Assembly: GCA_947259195.1 (NCBI GenBank)
Contig: CAMYLC010000155.1
Span: forward strand, 16,899 to 80,898
Direction of reading: 5' to 3'
Origin: Thermoanaerobaculia bacterium
GTDB taxonomy: Bacteria > Acidobacteriota > Thermoanaerobaculia > Multivoradales > JAHEKO01
Length of the DNA stretch: 64,000 bases
Part shown: in pieces, positions 47,589 through 55,963 of the stretch
How positions within the stretch are numbered: position 1 is the first letter of the stretch
Layout: each line of letters starts with the position of its first letter
Made by a program: the position numbers and the translations under genes
Notes under the pieces: generated by a model
Seen by the model: only the letters and a program-made list of their open reading frames with translations
What the model was told of the DNA's origin: nothing
Database searches by the model: none

Positions 47589-50015
47589 TTACTGGGGTCG
47601 GGCCTCCACCGGGGGAGTGGAGAAGGCTCGGGCGTCGGATGAGAATCGCTCCAGGCGGTCGGCTACTCGGCGATTCAGGCTACCTTCCGGATAGGAGTCG
47701 TCCTCTCCGAGCTCGCCGGCTTTCAGGCCGGTCAACAACTCGATGCCCTGATCCACAGTCTCCACAGGATAGATGTGGAACTTGCCGGCTGCAACTGCCT
47801 CGACCACATCCTGGCGCAGCATCAGGTGCTGGGTGTTGGAGGCCGGAATCAGCACTCCCTGGTCACCGGTCAGGCCGCGTCGGGTACAGACGTCGAAGAA
47901 GCCTTCGATCTTGTCGTTGACGCCGCCGATGGCCTGAATCCGCCCGAGCTGGTTGACCGAGCCTGTAACGGCAAGAGACTGGCGGATAGGGGCCTCGGCG
48001 ATGGCCGAGAGCAGGGCGTAGAGCTCGGCCGAAGAGGCGCTGTCCCCGTCGATACCACTGTAGGACTGCTCGAAGACGAGACTCGCGGAGAGTGAGAGCG
48101 GACTGCGCAGGGCGTACCGGGCTCCGAGGAATCCGGAGAGGATCAGCACGCCCTTGGAGTGGAAGGGCCCGGAGAGCTCGACTTCGCGCTCGATGTCCAC
48201 CACATCCCCCTTGCCGAGTCGAACACGAGCGGTAATCCGACTGGGCCGGCCGAAGGCGAAATCACCCATCTGAACGACCGATAGACCGTTCACCTGGCCA
48301 ACCTGCTCACCCTCGGTGTCCAGCAACATGGTGCCTCTGTCGATCTCCTCCTGTGTTCTCTCGCGCAGACGATCGCTGCGGAAGATCCAGTTGTCGATAG
48401 CGCGCTGGACATCTTCGGCGCCGACCGAGCCTCTCTCGCCGTTTCCAGCCCAGTAGTCCGCCTCACGCATGAGATCCAGCATGCGGCTCATGAGAAGCGA
48501 CATTCTCTGGGAGTCGCCGACCGAACGGGCGCTGTGCTCGATGACCCGTGCCACCGCCGTCCGATCGAAGGGCTTGAGAGCCTCCTCTTGCACCAACTTG
48601 GCAATGAGCCGGGCATAGAGCTCCTGGTTCTCGTCGCTCCATTCGACGGCTCGGGCGAAGTCGGCGGCGACTTTGAAGAGCTCATGGAACTCCGGATCCA
48701 ACGTCGGCAGGAGATAGTAGACCATCGGGCTTCCGAGGAGGACGACTTTGACCGAGCTATCGATCGGCTCCGGCTCGAGTGAGTAGGTGCTCATCAGACT
48801 CATCGCTTCGCCCAGGGACTCGATCTTGATCTTCCTCGATTGAAGAGCTCTTTTGAGTCCCTCGTAGGCGAAGGGCTGTTGCAACACCTTGAGGGCGTCG
48901 ACCAAGAGGTACCCGCCGTTGGCGCGGTGCAGGGCTCCGGCCTTGATCAAGTTGAAGTCCGTCACCACGGCGCCCATTTGCGGAATGTGCTCGACCCGTC
49001 CAACGAGATTCTGATAAGTCGGATTGTCCTCGTAGATTACCGGCGCACCGGTGGACTTTCGGCGGTCCACCAGGAGGTTGACCCGGTACCGTCGTAGGCT
49101 GGGTTTCTCGGAACCGTCGCCTCCAGAGATGGCGTCCATCGCAATTGAGGTCGCCTTCTCACCACGAGCTCCCATACGGCTGGCGTTCTCGGCGAAGTCG
49201 TCCTCGGCCGCGTCCAGAAACGCCTCGACTTCCGTCAACCCCTCGAACTGCTCGCGCAGCTCGTCGAAGAGCGGTTTGACGGCGAAGCGACTGGCATCGA
49301 GGTGGAGCTTGCGGAGTTTGTCGCTGGCCTCGCGCTGCCAGCGCGGCAACTGCCGCAGCACCTTCTGTAGGTCCTCCTTGAATCCTTCAATCTCCTTCTC
49401 GAGTCGCTTCTGCTCTTTGTCTGGGAGCTTCTGGAACTCTTCGGGCGACAGGACTTCCTCCTCGCCCATCGGAGCGAAGACGATACCGACGGGCGTGCGG
49501 ACCAGGGCCAGGCCCTTCTCGCTAGCCCTGTCACCCAGAGTCGACAGCTCCTTGCCCTGACGTTCTTCAAACTGTTGCTCGAGGACCTGCTTGCGAGTCT
49601 GATAATCCTCGCTCTCGAGGGCTGTCTCCAGGACGGGACGGACCTCCTCGAGCAGCTCTCGCATCGCTTTCTGAAGCTCGCTCCCGCGACCGGCCGGGAG
49701 CTCGAGAACCTTGGGCTTGTGGGGCTCACCGAAGTCGTTCACATAGCAAATATCGGGTGGTACTTCTGCGGCTGCGGCCTTGCCTTCCAGGTACTGCAAT
49801 ACGGCGGTGTGCTTTCCCGTGCCGGGTGGGCCGAGGGCGAAGATGTTGTAGCCCTCGAACTCGATACCGATCCCGAATTCGATCGCCGCTTCTGCGCGAG
49901 GCTGACCCAAGAGACCGTGCAGCTGCTCGAGATCGTCCGTGGTGTCGAAGCGGAGATCCCCGAAGTCGCAATGACGGTATAGGTCCAGGACGTCAAGTTC
50001 TTTGACCTTGGTCAC
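47589..50015 (-). CDS. Lon-like ATP-dependent protease (AAA+ module with a long insertion, Lon S16 C-terminal domain)
   Basis: GTG start with GAGGGGGA upstream. Walker A GPPGTGKH. C-terminal Lon proteolytic block DGDSASSAELYALLSAIA...AVTGSVNQLGRIQAIGGVNDKIEGFF. Confidence 0.85.
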   Translation of the reverse strand: MTKVKELDVLDLYRHCDFGDLRFDTTDDLEQLHGLLGQPRAEAAIEFGIGIEFEGYNIFALGPPGTGKHTAVLQYLEGKAAAAEVPPDICYVNDFGEPHKPKVLELPAGRGSELQKAMRELLEEVRPVLETALESEDYQTRKQVLEQQFEERQGKELSTLGDRASEKGLALVRTPVGIVFAPMGEEEVLSPEEFQKLPDKEQKRLEKEIEGFKEDLQKVLRQLPRWQREASDKLRKLHLDASRFAVKPLFDELREQFEGLTEVEAFLDAAEDDFAENASRMGARGEKATSIAMDAISGGDGSEKPSLRRYRVNLLVDRRKSTGAPVIYEDNPTYQNLVGRVEHIPQMGAVVTDFNLIKAGALHRANGGYLLVDALKVLQQPFAYEGLKRALQSRKIKIESLGEAMSLMSTYSLEPEPIDSSVKVVLLGSPMVYYLLPTLDPEFHELFKVAADFARAVEWSDENQELYARLIAKLVQEEALKPFDRTAVARVIEHSARSVGDSQRMSLLMSRMLDLMREADYWAGNGERGSVGAEDVQRAIDNWIFRSDRLRERTQEEIDRGTMLLDTEGEQVGQVNGLSVVQMGDFAFGRPSRITARVRLGKGDVVDIEREVELSGPFHSKGVLILSGFLGARYALRSPLSLSASLVFEQSYSGIDGDSASSAELYALLSAIAEAPIRQSLAVTGSVNQLGRIQAIGGVNDKIEGFFDVCTRRGLTGDQGVLIPASNTQHLMLRQDVVEAVAAGKFHIYPVETVDQGIELLTGLKAGELGEDDSYPEGSLNRRVADRLERFSSDARAFSTPPVEARPQ

Positions 50016-50297
50016 GCTCGATCCCCCTCATCTATTGCCGTTTCGGCGCCAATCTCGGCGCCTGGAGTCAAGGCGCTGTGGTTTCAGTATACGCAACGCG
50101 AGGTGTGCTGGACAGGTGATCGATGCACAATCTAGTCAGGTCCCCGATTGGCGGAGATTCAGAGTTCGAAAACAAGACTGGACAACGGGCGGGAGGGTCA
50201 TTATTGATCCCCCTGTGAGCAGTAGATCAAGGCCCGAGAAACCAATCGAAGCGGGGACATTCACCGGCGTGAAGCGCTCGAGAGGCCGTGGCCAGAT

Positions 50298-50633
50298 TTG
50301 GACTGGATCGACGACGAGGAGCGGCGCGGGAGTGTGCGACAAACGTGGGTCAGAGCCTTCGAGGACAGCCCCTTCGAACCGGGCGACCCGGAGGAGATTC
50401 CCTTCACTCTCTTGTTTGCCGGTTGTCCCGCGACCTTTGTGGAGCAACAGCGCTGCGTCGTGTACATCGCCCGTCGGTCGGCTGAGGCGAGGGACGAGTT
50501 TCTGGGCCGGGCGCACCCTCTCGACATGGACGAGGATGTTGCTGGTGCCATGCCGGCCGATGTCGGCAAGCTTCTCGATTACGAGGTGGTCGACGGCACC
50601 CTCATCGATAGCGACTATCAGGTCGAGCGCTAG
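50298..50633 (+). CDS. hypothetical acidic protein (111 aa, TTG start)
   Basis: Coding-like third-position bias. It ends 35 nt before a bidirectional terminator hairpin. There is no clear RBS and no family motif. Confidence 0.35.
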   Translation: MDWIDDEERRGSVRQTWVRAFEDSPFEPGDPEEIPFTLLFAGCPATFVEQQRCVVYIARRSAEARDEFLGRAHPLDMDEDVAGAMPADVGKLLDYEVVDGTLIDSDYQVER

Positions 50634-50667
50634 AGCCAGATGGTAGCCTGGTGAGTTGCAGACAAAA

Positions 50668-50688
50668 GGGAGGCGAGCTCCGCCTCCC
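50668..50688. terminator. bidirectional intrinsic terminator between convergent genes
   Basis: GGGAGGCG (50668-50675) pairs with CGCCTCCC (50681-50688) around a 5-nt loop. It is preceded by ACAAAA and followed by TCTCTAGTCTTC, and sits between ORF 50298-50633 and the gltA stop at 50714. Confidence 0.55.
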
Positions 50689-50713
50689 TCTCTAGTCTTC
50701 GATAGTCGGGACG

Positions 50714-52036
50714 TCAGGCAGGCACCAGTTCGGGCTCCTTGACCGTTGCGGACTCCTTCACCACGCGCTCTTCGAGTGGCACGAACGGGCGTTTCGTTGC
50801 GCCAAGATAGATCTGGCGCGGCCGGCTGATCTTGGCCTTGGGATCGTCTCTACCCTCCTTCCACTGGGCGATCCAGCCTGGCAGGCGACCCAACGCGAAC
50901 ATGACTGTGAACATCTCCGTGGGAATGCCCATGGCGCGATAGAGGATACCGCTGTAGAAGTCCACGTTCGGGTAGAGCTTGCGCTCGACGAAGAACGGAT
51001 CTTCGAGGGCGATGCGCTCCAGGTTCTTGGCAATCTCGAGCAGCGGATCGGTCGTCCCAAGCTCAGCCAGCACGTCGGCAGCAGCCTCCTTGAGAATCGT
51101 CGCACGCGGGTCGAAGTTCTTGTAGACCCGGTGACCAAAGCCCATCAGTCGGAAGTCGGACTCGGGGTCCTTGGCCATATCGACATACTTCTGGTAATCG
51201 CCGCCGTCGGCCCGAATCTGCTCGAGCATCTCGATGACCTTCTGATTGGCGCCTCCATGCAAGGGTCCCCAAAGGGCAGAGATACCAGAGGAAATCGAGG
51301 CGAAGAGATTCGACAGACTGCTGCCGACCATCCGCACCGTCGAGGTGCTGCAATTCTGCTCATGATCCGCGTGCAGGATCAACAGGAGGTTGAGAGCGCG
51401 GTCCATGACGTCGGGCACCACATAGGGTTCCGACGGGACGGCGAACATCATGTGCAGAAAGTCCTCGGTGAAGGAGAGATCGTTGCGTGGATAGACGAAA
51501 GGCTGGCCGATTGACCTCTTGTAGGAGAACGCTGCGATGGTCTTGACCTTGGCGAGAAGCCGAATGATGTTGAGGTCTACATCTTCGTCGACTGCGCCCC
51601 TCGTGTAGTAGGCAGACAGAGAGGCCACCATGGCGGAGAGCACCATCATCGGATGTGCCGTAGGTGGGAATCCCTGGAAGAAATCCTTCATCGCCTCGTG
51701 AATCATGCTGTGGTGGGTCAACTTGTCGCTGAAGTCGCGCAACTCGTCTACGGTTGGCAGGTGCCCATAGACCAGCAGATAGCAAACTTCCGCGAAGCTC
51801 GCCGACGCGGCTATCTCCTCGATGGGATAGCCCCGGTACTGGAGGATTCCCTTCTCACCGTCGATGAAGGTGATCGTGCTGGTGCAGGAGCCCGTGTTGC
51901 CGTAACCCGGGTCGAGGCCGATTGCACCGGTGGTGTTTCGGAGCGTCGTGAAGTCGATTCCGACTTCGTCTTCCGATCCCACAAGGACGGGGAACTCGTA
52001 GTCTTGGCCGTCGAGAGACAATTTCGCTTTCTTCAT
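50714..52036 (-). CDS. gltA: citrate synthase (type II-like, 440 aa)
   Basis: ATG with GGGAGGAA upstream. Citrate synthase signature GFGHRVYKNFDPRA, with LHADHEQNCSTST and catalytic His/Asp contexts. Confidence 0.95.
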   Translation of the reverse strand: MKKAKLSLDGQDYEFPVLVGSEDEVGIDFTTLRNTTGAIGLDPGYGNTGSCTSTITFIDGEKGILQYRGYPIEEIAASASFAEVCYLLVYGHLPTVDELRDFSDKLTHHSMIHEAMKDFFQGFPPTAHPMMVLSAMVASLSAYYTRGAVDEDVDLNIIRLLAKVKTIAAFSYKRSIGQPFVYPRNDLSFTEDFLHMMFAVPSEPYVVPDVMDRALNLLLILHADHEQNCSTSTVRMVGSSLSNLFASISSGISALWGPLHGGANQKVIEMLEQIRADGGDYQKYVDMAKDPESDFRLMGFGHRVYKNFDPRATILKEAAADVLAELGTTDPLLEIAKNLERIALEDPFFVERKLYPNVDFYSGILYRAMGIPTEMFTVMFALGRLPGWIAQWKEGRDDPKAKISRPRQIYLGATKRPFVPLEERVVKESATVKEPELVPA

Positions 52037-52200
52037 GTCGTGATTCCTCCCGGGTTGTCGAGGTTACGTCGCGATAGGCCCCTTTCGTTGAGCGAGCGAC
52101 GCGTTGTTTGATTCTGCTCCAGATTTCCCATCTTGTAACCACCCATAGGGGCAGTCTTTTTGTCCGACATTTGATGGTTCGCGAGGTGTGAATAGGTCTG

Positions 52201-52229
52201 TTGCGAGTTGTCGATTCTTCGCGTATACT
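52201..52229 (+). promoter_or_regulatory. candidate sigma70-type promoter of the marR-like gene
   Basis: TTGCGA (52201-52206), an exactly 17-nt spacer, then TATACT (52224-52229), in a locally AT-rich stretch. Confidence 0.4.
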
Positions 52230-52254
52230 GCTTAAAGAGGTTAAATAGTTACGT

Positions 52255-52286
52255 GGTTAACTAAATGACTGGTTAACTAAATGACT
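52255..52286 (+). repeat. perfect tandem duplication of a 16-nt unit (GGTTAACTAAATGACT x2), candidate MarR operator
   Basis: Copies at 52255-52270 and 52271-52286 are identical. Each contains the palindrome GTTAAC and an ATG. The ATG of the second copy is the marR start (52281). The first opens a 3-codon mini-ORF, ATG ACT GGT TAA. Confidence 0.6.
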
Positions 52287-52916
52287 CAGGCAGGATTGGC
52301 ATCCTCGCAGAGCAGTACTCGAGTTCCGGATGGCAACGGACGCGACGAGGTCTTCCGCCTCCTGCGCTACTCGCATATCTTCGCCTCGGTCGTCCGGGAG
52401 TTCCTGGAGCTGCAGCTCCTGCATGAAGTCAGCGATGAAGATCTCTCCCTGTCGCAGCTTCATCTGCTGAAGCTGATCACGCTGGATGGCGAGCATCAGA
52501 TGGGGCAGGTAGCGGAGTTCTTGGGAATCAGCCCGCCTGCGGCGACCAAGAATATCGACAAGATGGAGCGTCTGGGACTGGTCAGTCGAATACCGTCGAC
52601 CGGCGATCGGCGAGCGACTCTCTTGCAGCCCAGTCGACAGGGACGCAAGCTGGTCAGTCGCTACGAAGCCTTGAAGGAAGACCGCCTGGCGCCGGTTCTC
52701 GAAGGCTTCAACAAAAAGGAGCTGAAGCAGATGGCAGACCTGTTGGAGCGGTTTTCACTGCGGCTCATTCACGCCCAGGAACCGATGTCACAGATCTGTC
52801 TGCGTTGTTCGGCGTATTACGACGAACACTGCCCGATCCCCCATCTCCAGAACGGCTGCCCGTACAAACAGATCAGGCAGCTCGGGGGAGCCGCACAGTG
52901 CGAAGGGGAGGGTTGA
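52281..52916 (+). CDS. MarR family transcriptional regulator with a Cys-rich C-terminal extension
   Basis: Winged-helix block LSLSQLHLLKLITLDGEHQMGQVAEFLGISPPAATKNIDKMERLGLVSRIPSTGDRRA. The C-terminal extension is CLRCSAYYDEHCPIPHLQNGC (C-x2-C-x7-C-x8-C). Confidence 0.8.
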   Translation: MTQAGLASSQSSTRVPDGNGRDEVFRLLRYSHIFASVVREFLELQLLHEVSDEDLSLSQLHLLKLITLDGEHQMGQVAEFLGISPPAATKNIDKMERLGLVSRIPSTGDRRATLLQPSRQGRKLVSRYEALKEDRLAPVLEGFNKKELKQMADLLERFSLRLIHAQEPMSQICLRCSAYYDEHCPIPHLQNGCPYKQIRQLGGAAQCEGEG

Positions 52917-52968
52917 AACTCCGGGCGATGGCATCGTTGACAAGCGCTTCACCGTGAATGCGTCGCCT

Positions 52969-52986
52969 GGGTGCCGAGAGGCACCT
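52969..52986 (+). promoter_or_regulatory. GNRA-loop hairpin in the marR-korD spacer
   Basis: GGGTGCC-GAGA-GGCACCT gives 6 Watson-Crick pairs plus one G-U, about 20 nt upstream of the korD start. Function unknown. Confidence 0.25.
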
Positions 52987-53006
52987 TGAAACCACGGGAG
53001 GGCGGT

Positions 53007-53327
53007 ATGAGGTATTGGCGAGATCCTCTGGATGCGGGGCAGATCGAGGCCCCCGGGGGGGATGTGCACATCCTCGCGGATCGATGCAAGGGCTGCGGGT
53101 TCTGCGTCGAGTATTGCCCCAGGCAGGTGCTCGAGATGTCCCGGGAGTTCAATCGTAAGGGCTATCACCCACCAGAGATTGTCGACAGCCGAGCCTGCGT
53201 CAACTGCGGGCTTTGCGAGATGATCTGTCCCGAGTTCGCGATCTTCTGTCTCGAGCTGGCTGCATCGACTGAGAATCCCTCGAGAGTCTTGGCATCGCCA
53301 GGTGCCGAGGCCGAGGAGGCGCGCTGA
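53007..53327 (+). CDS. korD: 2-oxoacid:ferredoxin oxidoreductase delta subunit (2x[4Fe-4S] ferredoxin)
   Basis: ATG at 53007 with GGGAGG 5 nt upstream (the track's GTG 52971 is the alternative). CKGCGFCVEYCP and CVNCGLCEMICP motifs. The stop overlaps the korA ATG (TGATG). Confidence 0.8.
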   Translation: MRYWRDPLDAGQIEAPGGDVHILADRCKGCGFCVEYCPRQVLEMSREFNRKGYHPPEIVDSRACVNCGLCEMICPEFAIFCLELAASTENPSRVLASPGAEAEEAR

Positions 53328-54484
53328 TGAAGGCCGACCCGGCAGGTGTCCTCACCGGCTCTCACTACCTCGATGGTGACTTCGCCTGTGGCGAAGGGGC
53401 CATGGCGGCGGGCTGCCGGTTCGTCGCCGGATATCCCATCACCCCATCCACTGAAGTCGTCGAGCGTATCTCCAGACGATTCCCCACGCTCGGCGGCACC
53501 TTCATCCAGATGGAGGACGAGCTGGCCAGCATGGCGGCGGTGGTGGGTGCTGCCTGGACCGGCAGCAAAACAATGACCGTGACGAGCGGTCCAGGCTTCA
53601 GCCTGATGATGGAGAATATCGGCCTCGCCGCGATGATGGAGACGCCCTGCGTTGTAGTCAACGTGCAGCGGGGTGGGCCTTCCACCGGGTTGCCGACGAT
53701 GGTTGGGCAGGGGGATGTGATGCAGGCCCGCTGGGGCTCTCACGGAGACTACGAAGTGATCGCCTTGAGCCCTCAATCGCCCCAGGAGGCCTTCGACCTC
53801 ACCATCGACGCTTTCAATCTGGCCGAGATCTACAGGGTGCCCGTCATGTTCCTCATGGACGAGTGCGTCGGTCACATGACCGAAAAGGTGGTGATTCCCG
53901 AGGCAGAGGCGATCGAGATCGAGCCGCGACGACTGACCGAGAAGTCACCGGAGAGCTTCGATCCCTATCAAGTTGAAGAGGGTCAGCTGCCCGAGTTCGC
54001 CCGTGCGGGGGACGGCTACCGGTTCCATACCACAGGCTTGACCCACGATGAGCACGGCTATCCGGAGATGAGCGTCGAATGCCAGGAGGTGAACGTCAGC
54101 CGCCTGGTCGGGAAGATCCGCGACAATGCCGACAGCATCGTCCGCTTCGAAGAGGAGGGGGTGGAGGACGCGGATGTCGTCGTAGTGTCCTACGGCATCA
54201 CCGCCAGAGTCGCCAGGCTGGCTGTCGAAGAGGCCCGTTCACAGGGCCTCAAGGTGGGCTTCCTTCGCCTGGTGGTGATCTGGCCGTTCCCGGAGAAGCG
54301 GATACGAGAGCTGGCTGGCTCCGTTGGAGCCTTTGTCGTGCCTGAGATCAATTACGGACAGATCGCTTTGGAAGTCGAGCGCGCCGCGGCTGGACAGGCC
54401 GTGACCTGGCCGGTCCACCATGCCGGCGGTGCCGTGCACTCGCCCGATGCAATCACTGAAATCATCATCAAGGCGGCCGTATGA
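53327..54484 (+). CDS. korA: 2-oxoacid:ferredoxin oxidoreductase alpha subunit
   Basis: GAMAAGCRFVAGYPITPSTEV...MEDELASMAAVVGAAWTGSKTMTVTSGPGFSLM...VVVNVQRGGPSTGLPT are the canonical OFOR alpha blocks. Confidence 0.9.
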   Translation: MKADPAGVLTGSHYLDGDFACGEGAMAAGCRFVAGYPITPSTEVVERISRRFPTLGGTFIQMEDELASMAAVVGAAWTGSKTMTVTSGPGFSLMMENIGLAAMMETPCVVVNVQRGGPSTGLPTMVGQGDVMQARWGSHGDYEVIALSPQSPQEAFDLTIDAFNLAEIYRVPVMFLMDECVGHMTEKVVIPEAEAIEIEPRRLTEKSPESFDPYQVEEGQLPEFARAGDGYRFHTTGLTHDEHGYPEMSVECQEVNVSRLVGKIRDNADSIVRFEEEGVEDADVVVVSYGITARVARLAVEEARSQGLKVGFLRLVVIWPFPEKRIRELAGSVGAFVVPEINYGQIALEVERAAAGQAVTWPVHHAGGAVHSPDAITEIIIKAAV

Positions 54485-55380
54485 CTGTGTCAACGAATCC
54501 GACTGTCGGCCAGGAAATGGAGCACCCCAGTGCTCCGCTCCTGAGGATGGAGCGCATTCCTCATGTCTGGTGCCCCAGCTGCGGCATCGGCACGGTGGTC
54601 AAGTGTTATGCCACGGCGCTCGAGCGCAGCGGAGTGGATCTCGACAAAGTCTCGGTGGTGTCGGGTATCGGCTGCTCCGGTCGCGTGGCCGGCTATCTCA
54701 AGCTGGACGGTTTTCACACCACTCATGGAAGAGCCATTCCTTTCGCCACAGGGCTCAAATTGGGACGTCCCGAGCTGCTTGTAACGGTGATCTCGGGCGA
54801 TGGCGACCTCGTAGGCATTGGCGGAAATCACTTCATTCACGCGGCGCGACGCAATCTCGACCTGCTGGTCATTCTGATCAACAACTTCATCTATGGAATG
54901 ACCGGAGGGCAGAACGCCCCGACGACGCCCCTGGGAGCCAAATCGTCGACGATGCCCTTCGGCAACTTCGAAACACCTTTCAATCTCCCGCACCTGGCAG
55001 CCTCCAGTGGTGCTTCCTATGTGGCCCGTTGGACCTGTCTGCACATACGGCGCCTGACGTGGTCGATCGAGGAGGCAATCGGCAAGAGGGGCTTCCGATT
55101 CATCGAGGCGGTAGCGCCCTGCCCGACGCTTTACGCCCGCCTGAACAAGCTGGGGAGCGGTCTCGACGCGATGCGCTTCTACCACGACACGGCCGAGATC
55201 CGGAACGGCGCCGACACCCGTGAGGTCGACGTCTCGTTCCAGAGTCCGATCATCTGCGGCAAATTCGTCGACGAGGAGCGACCGACCTTCCTCGATCTCA
55301 TGCACGACCACTACAGCAATCGGCTGGGTGATGGCTACGTCCCGATGCCACCGGAAGGGGGAATGCTCCATGAGCGGTAG
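54481..55380 (+). CDS. korB: 2-oxoacid:ferredoxin oxidoreductase beta subunit (TPP-binding)
   Basis: WCPSCGIG, GIGCSGR, and the TPP motif GDGDLVGIGGNHFIHAARRNLDLLVILINNFIYGMTGGQ. ATGA overlap with korA. Confidence 0.9.
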   Translation: MTVSTNPTVGQEMEHPSAPLLRMERIPHVWCPSCGIGTVVKCYATALERSGVDLDKVSVVSGIGCSGRVAGYLKLDGFHTTHGRAIPFATGLKLGRPELLVTVISGDGDLVGIGGNHFIHAARRNLDLLVILINNFIYGMTGGQNAPTTPLGAKSSTMPFGNFETPFNLPHLAASSGASYVARWTCLHIRRLTWSIEEAIGKRGFRFIEAVAPCPTLYARLNKLGSGLDAMRFYHDTAEIRNGADTREVDVSFQSPIICGKFVDEERPTFLDLMHDHYSNRLGDGYVPMPPEGGMLHER

Positions 55381-55963
55381 GACCGAGATCCGGATCACCG
55401 GTTTCGGCGGGCAGGGTGTCGTGCTTGCCGGTCATATCATCGGTCGCGCCTGTGCTATTCATGCCGGTCGTCAGGCCACCATGATTCAGAGCTTCGGCCC
55501 GGAGGCCAGGGGCTCGGCCTGCAGCGCAACACTCGTCGTCTCCGACCGCGAAGTCTTGTACCCCTACATCCAGCGTCCCGACATCTTTGTCGTAATGTCC
55601 GGTGAGGGCTACGAGAAGTACGGGCGAGAGCTCAAGGAAGAAGGGACCCTGGTCTTCGAACAGGATCTCGTCCATCCCAGGACGGTGGAGGGACAGAGAG
55701 CCTGCGGAGTGCCCTCTACCCGTATCGCCGAATCCCTGGGTCGAACGATTGTCCAGAACATCGTCATGGTTGGATTCTTCGCCGGCGTTACGGGCCTGGT
55801 TGCAGATGAAGCCATGCGCGATGCCGTCAGGGGTTCGGTGCCAGCAGGCACTGAAGATCTCAATCTCGAGGCCTTCGAGAAGGGCCTGGAGTACGCACGG
55901 AAGTCGCCCGGTGAGTCCTCCGTGAGCGTCTCTGAGCCGAGCCTGGAGGAGGTGAGTCCATGA
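55370..55963 (+). CDS. korC: 2-oxoacid:ferredoxin oxidoreductase gamma subunit
   Basis: ATG at 55370 (11-nt overlap with korB). IRITGFGGQGVVLAGHIIG...FGPEARGSAC is the typical gamma-subunit N-terminus. Confidence 0.85.
   Translation: MSGRTEIRITGFGGQGVVLAGHIIGRACAIHAGRQATMIQSFGPEARGSACSATLVVSDREVLYPYIQRPDIFVVMSGEGYEKYGRELKEEGTLVFEQDLVHPRTVEGQRACGVPSTRIAESLGRTIVQNIVMVGFFAGVTGLVADEAMRDAVRGSVPAGTEDLNLEAFEKGLEYARKSPGESSVSVSEPSLEEVSP

Noticed and set aside
47589-50633. The Lon-like protease plus the adjacent small ORF as a BREX (BrxL-like) or other defence module.
   Set aside because: No methyltransferase, PglZ, BrxA/B/C or other defence partner is nearby. The architecture (AAA+ with insertion plus S16 domain, 808 aa) fits the widespread housekeeping Lon-like (YcbZ/LonC-type) proteins.
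52937-52942. A perfect TTGACA hexamer in the marR-korD spacer as a kor operon promoter.
   Set aside because: No acceptable -10 hexamer lies 16-18 nt downstream (GCGTCG or TGCGTC). The only TA-containing candidate, GTGAAT, is 12 nt away.
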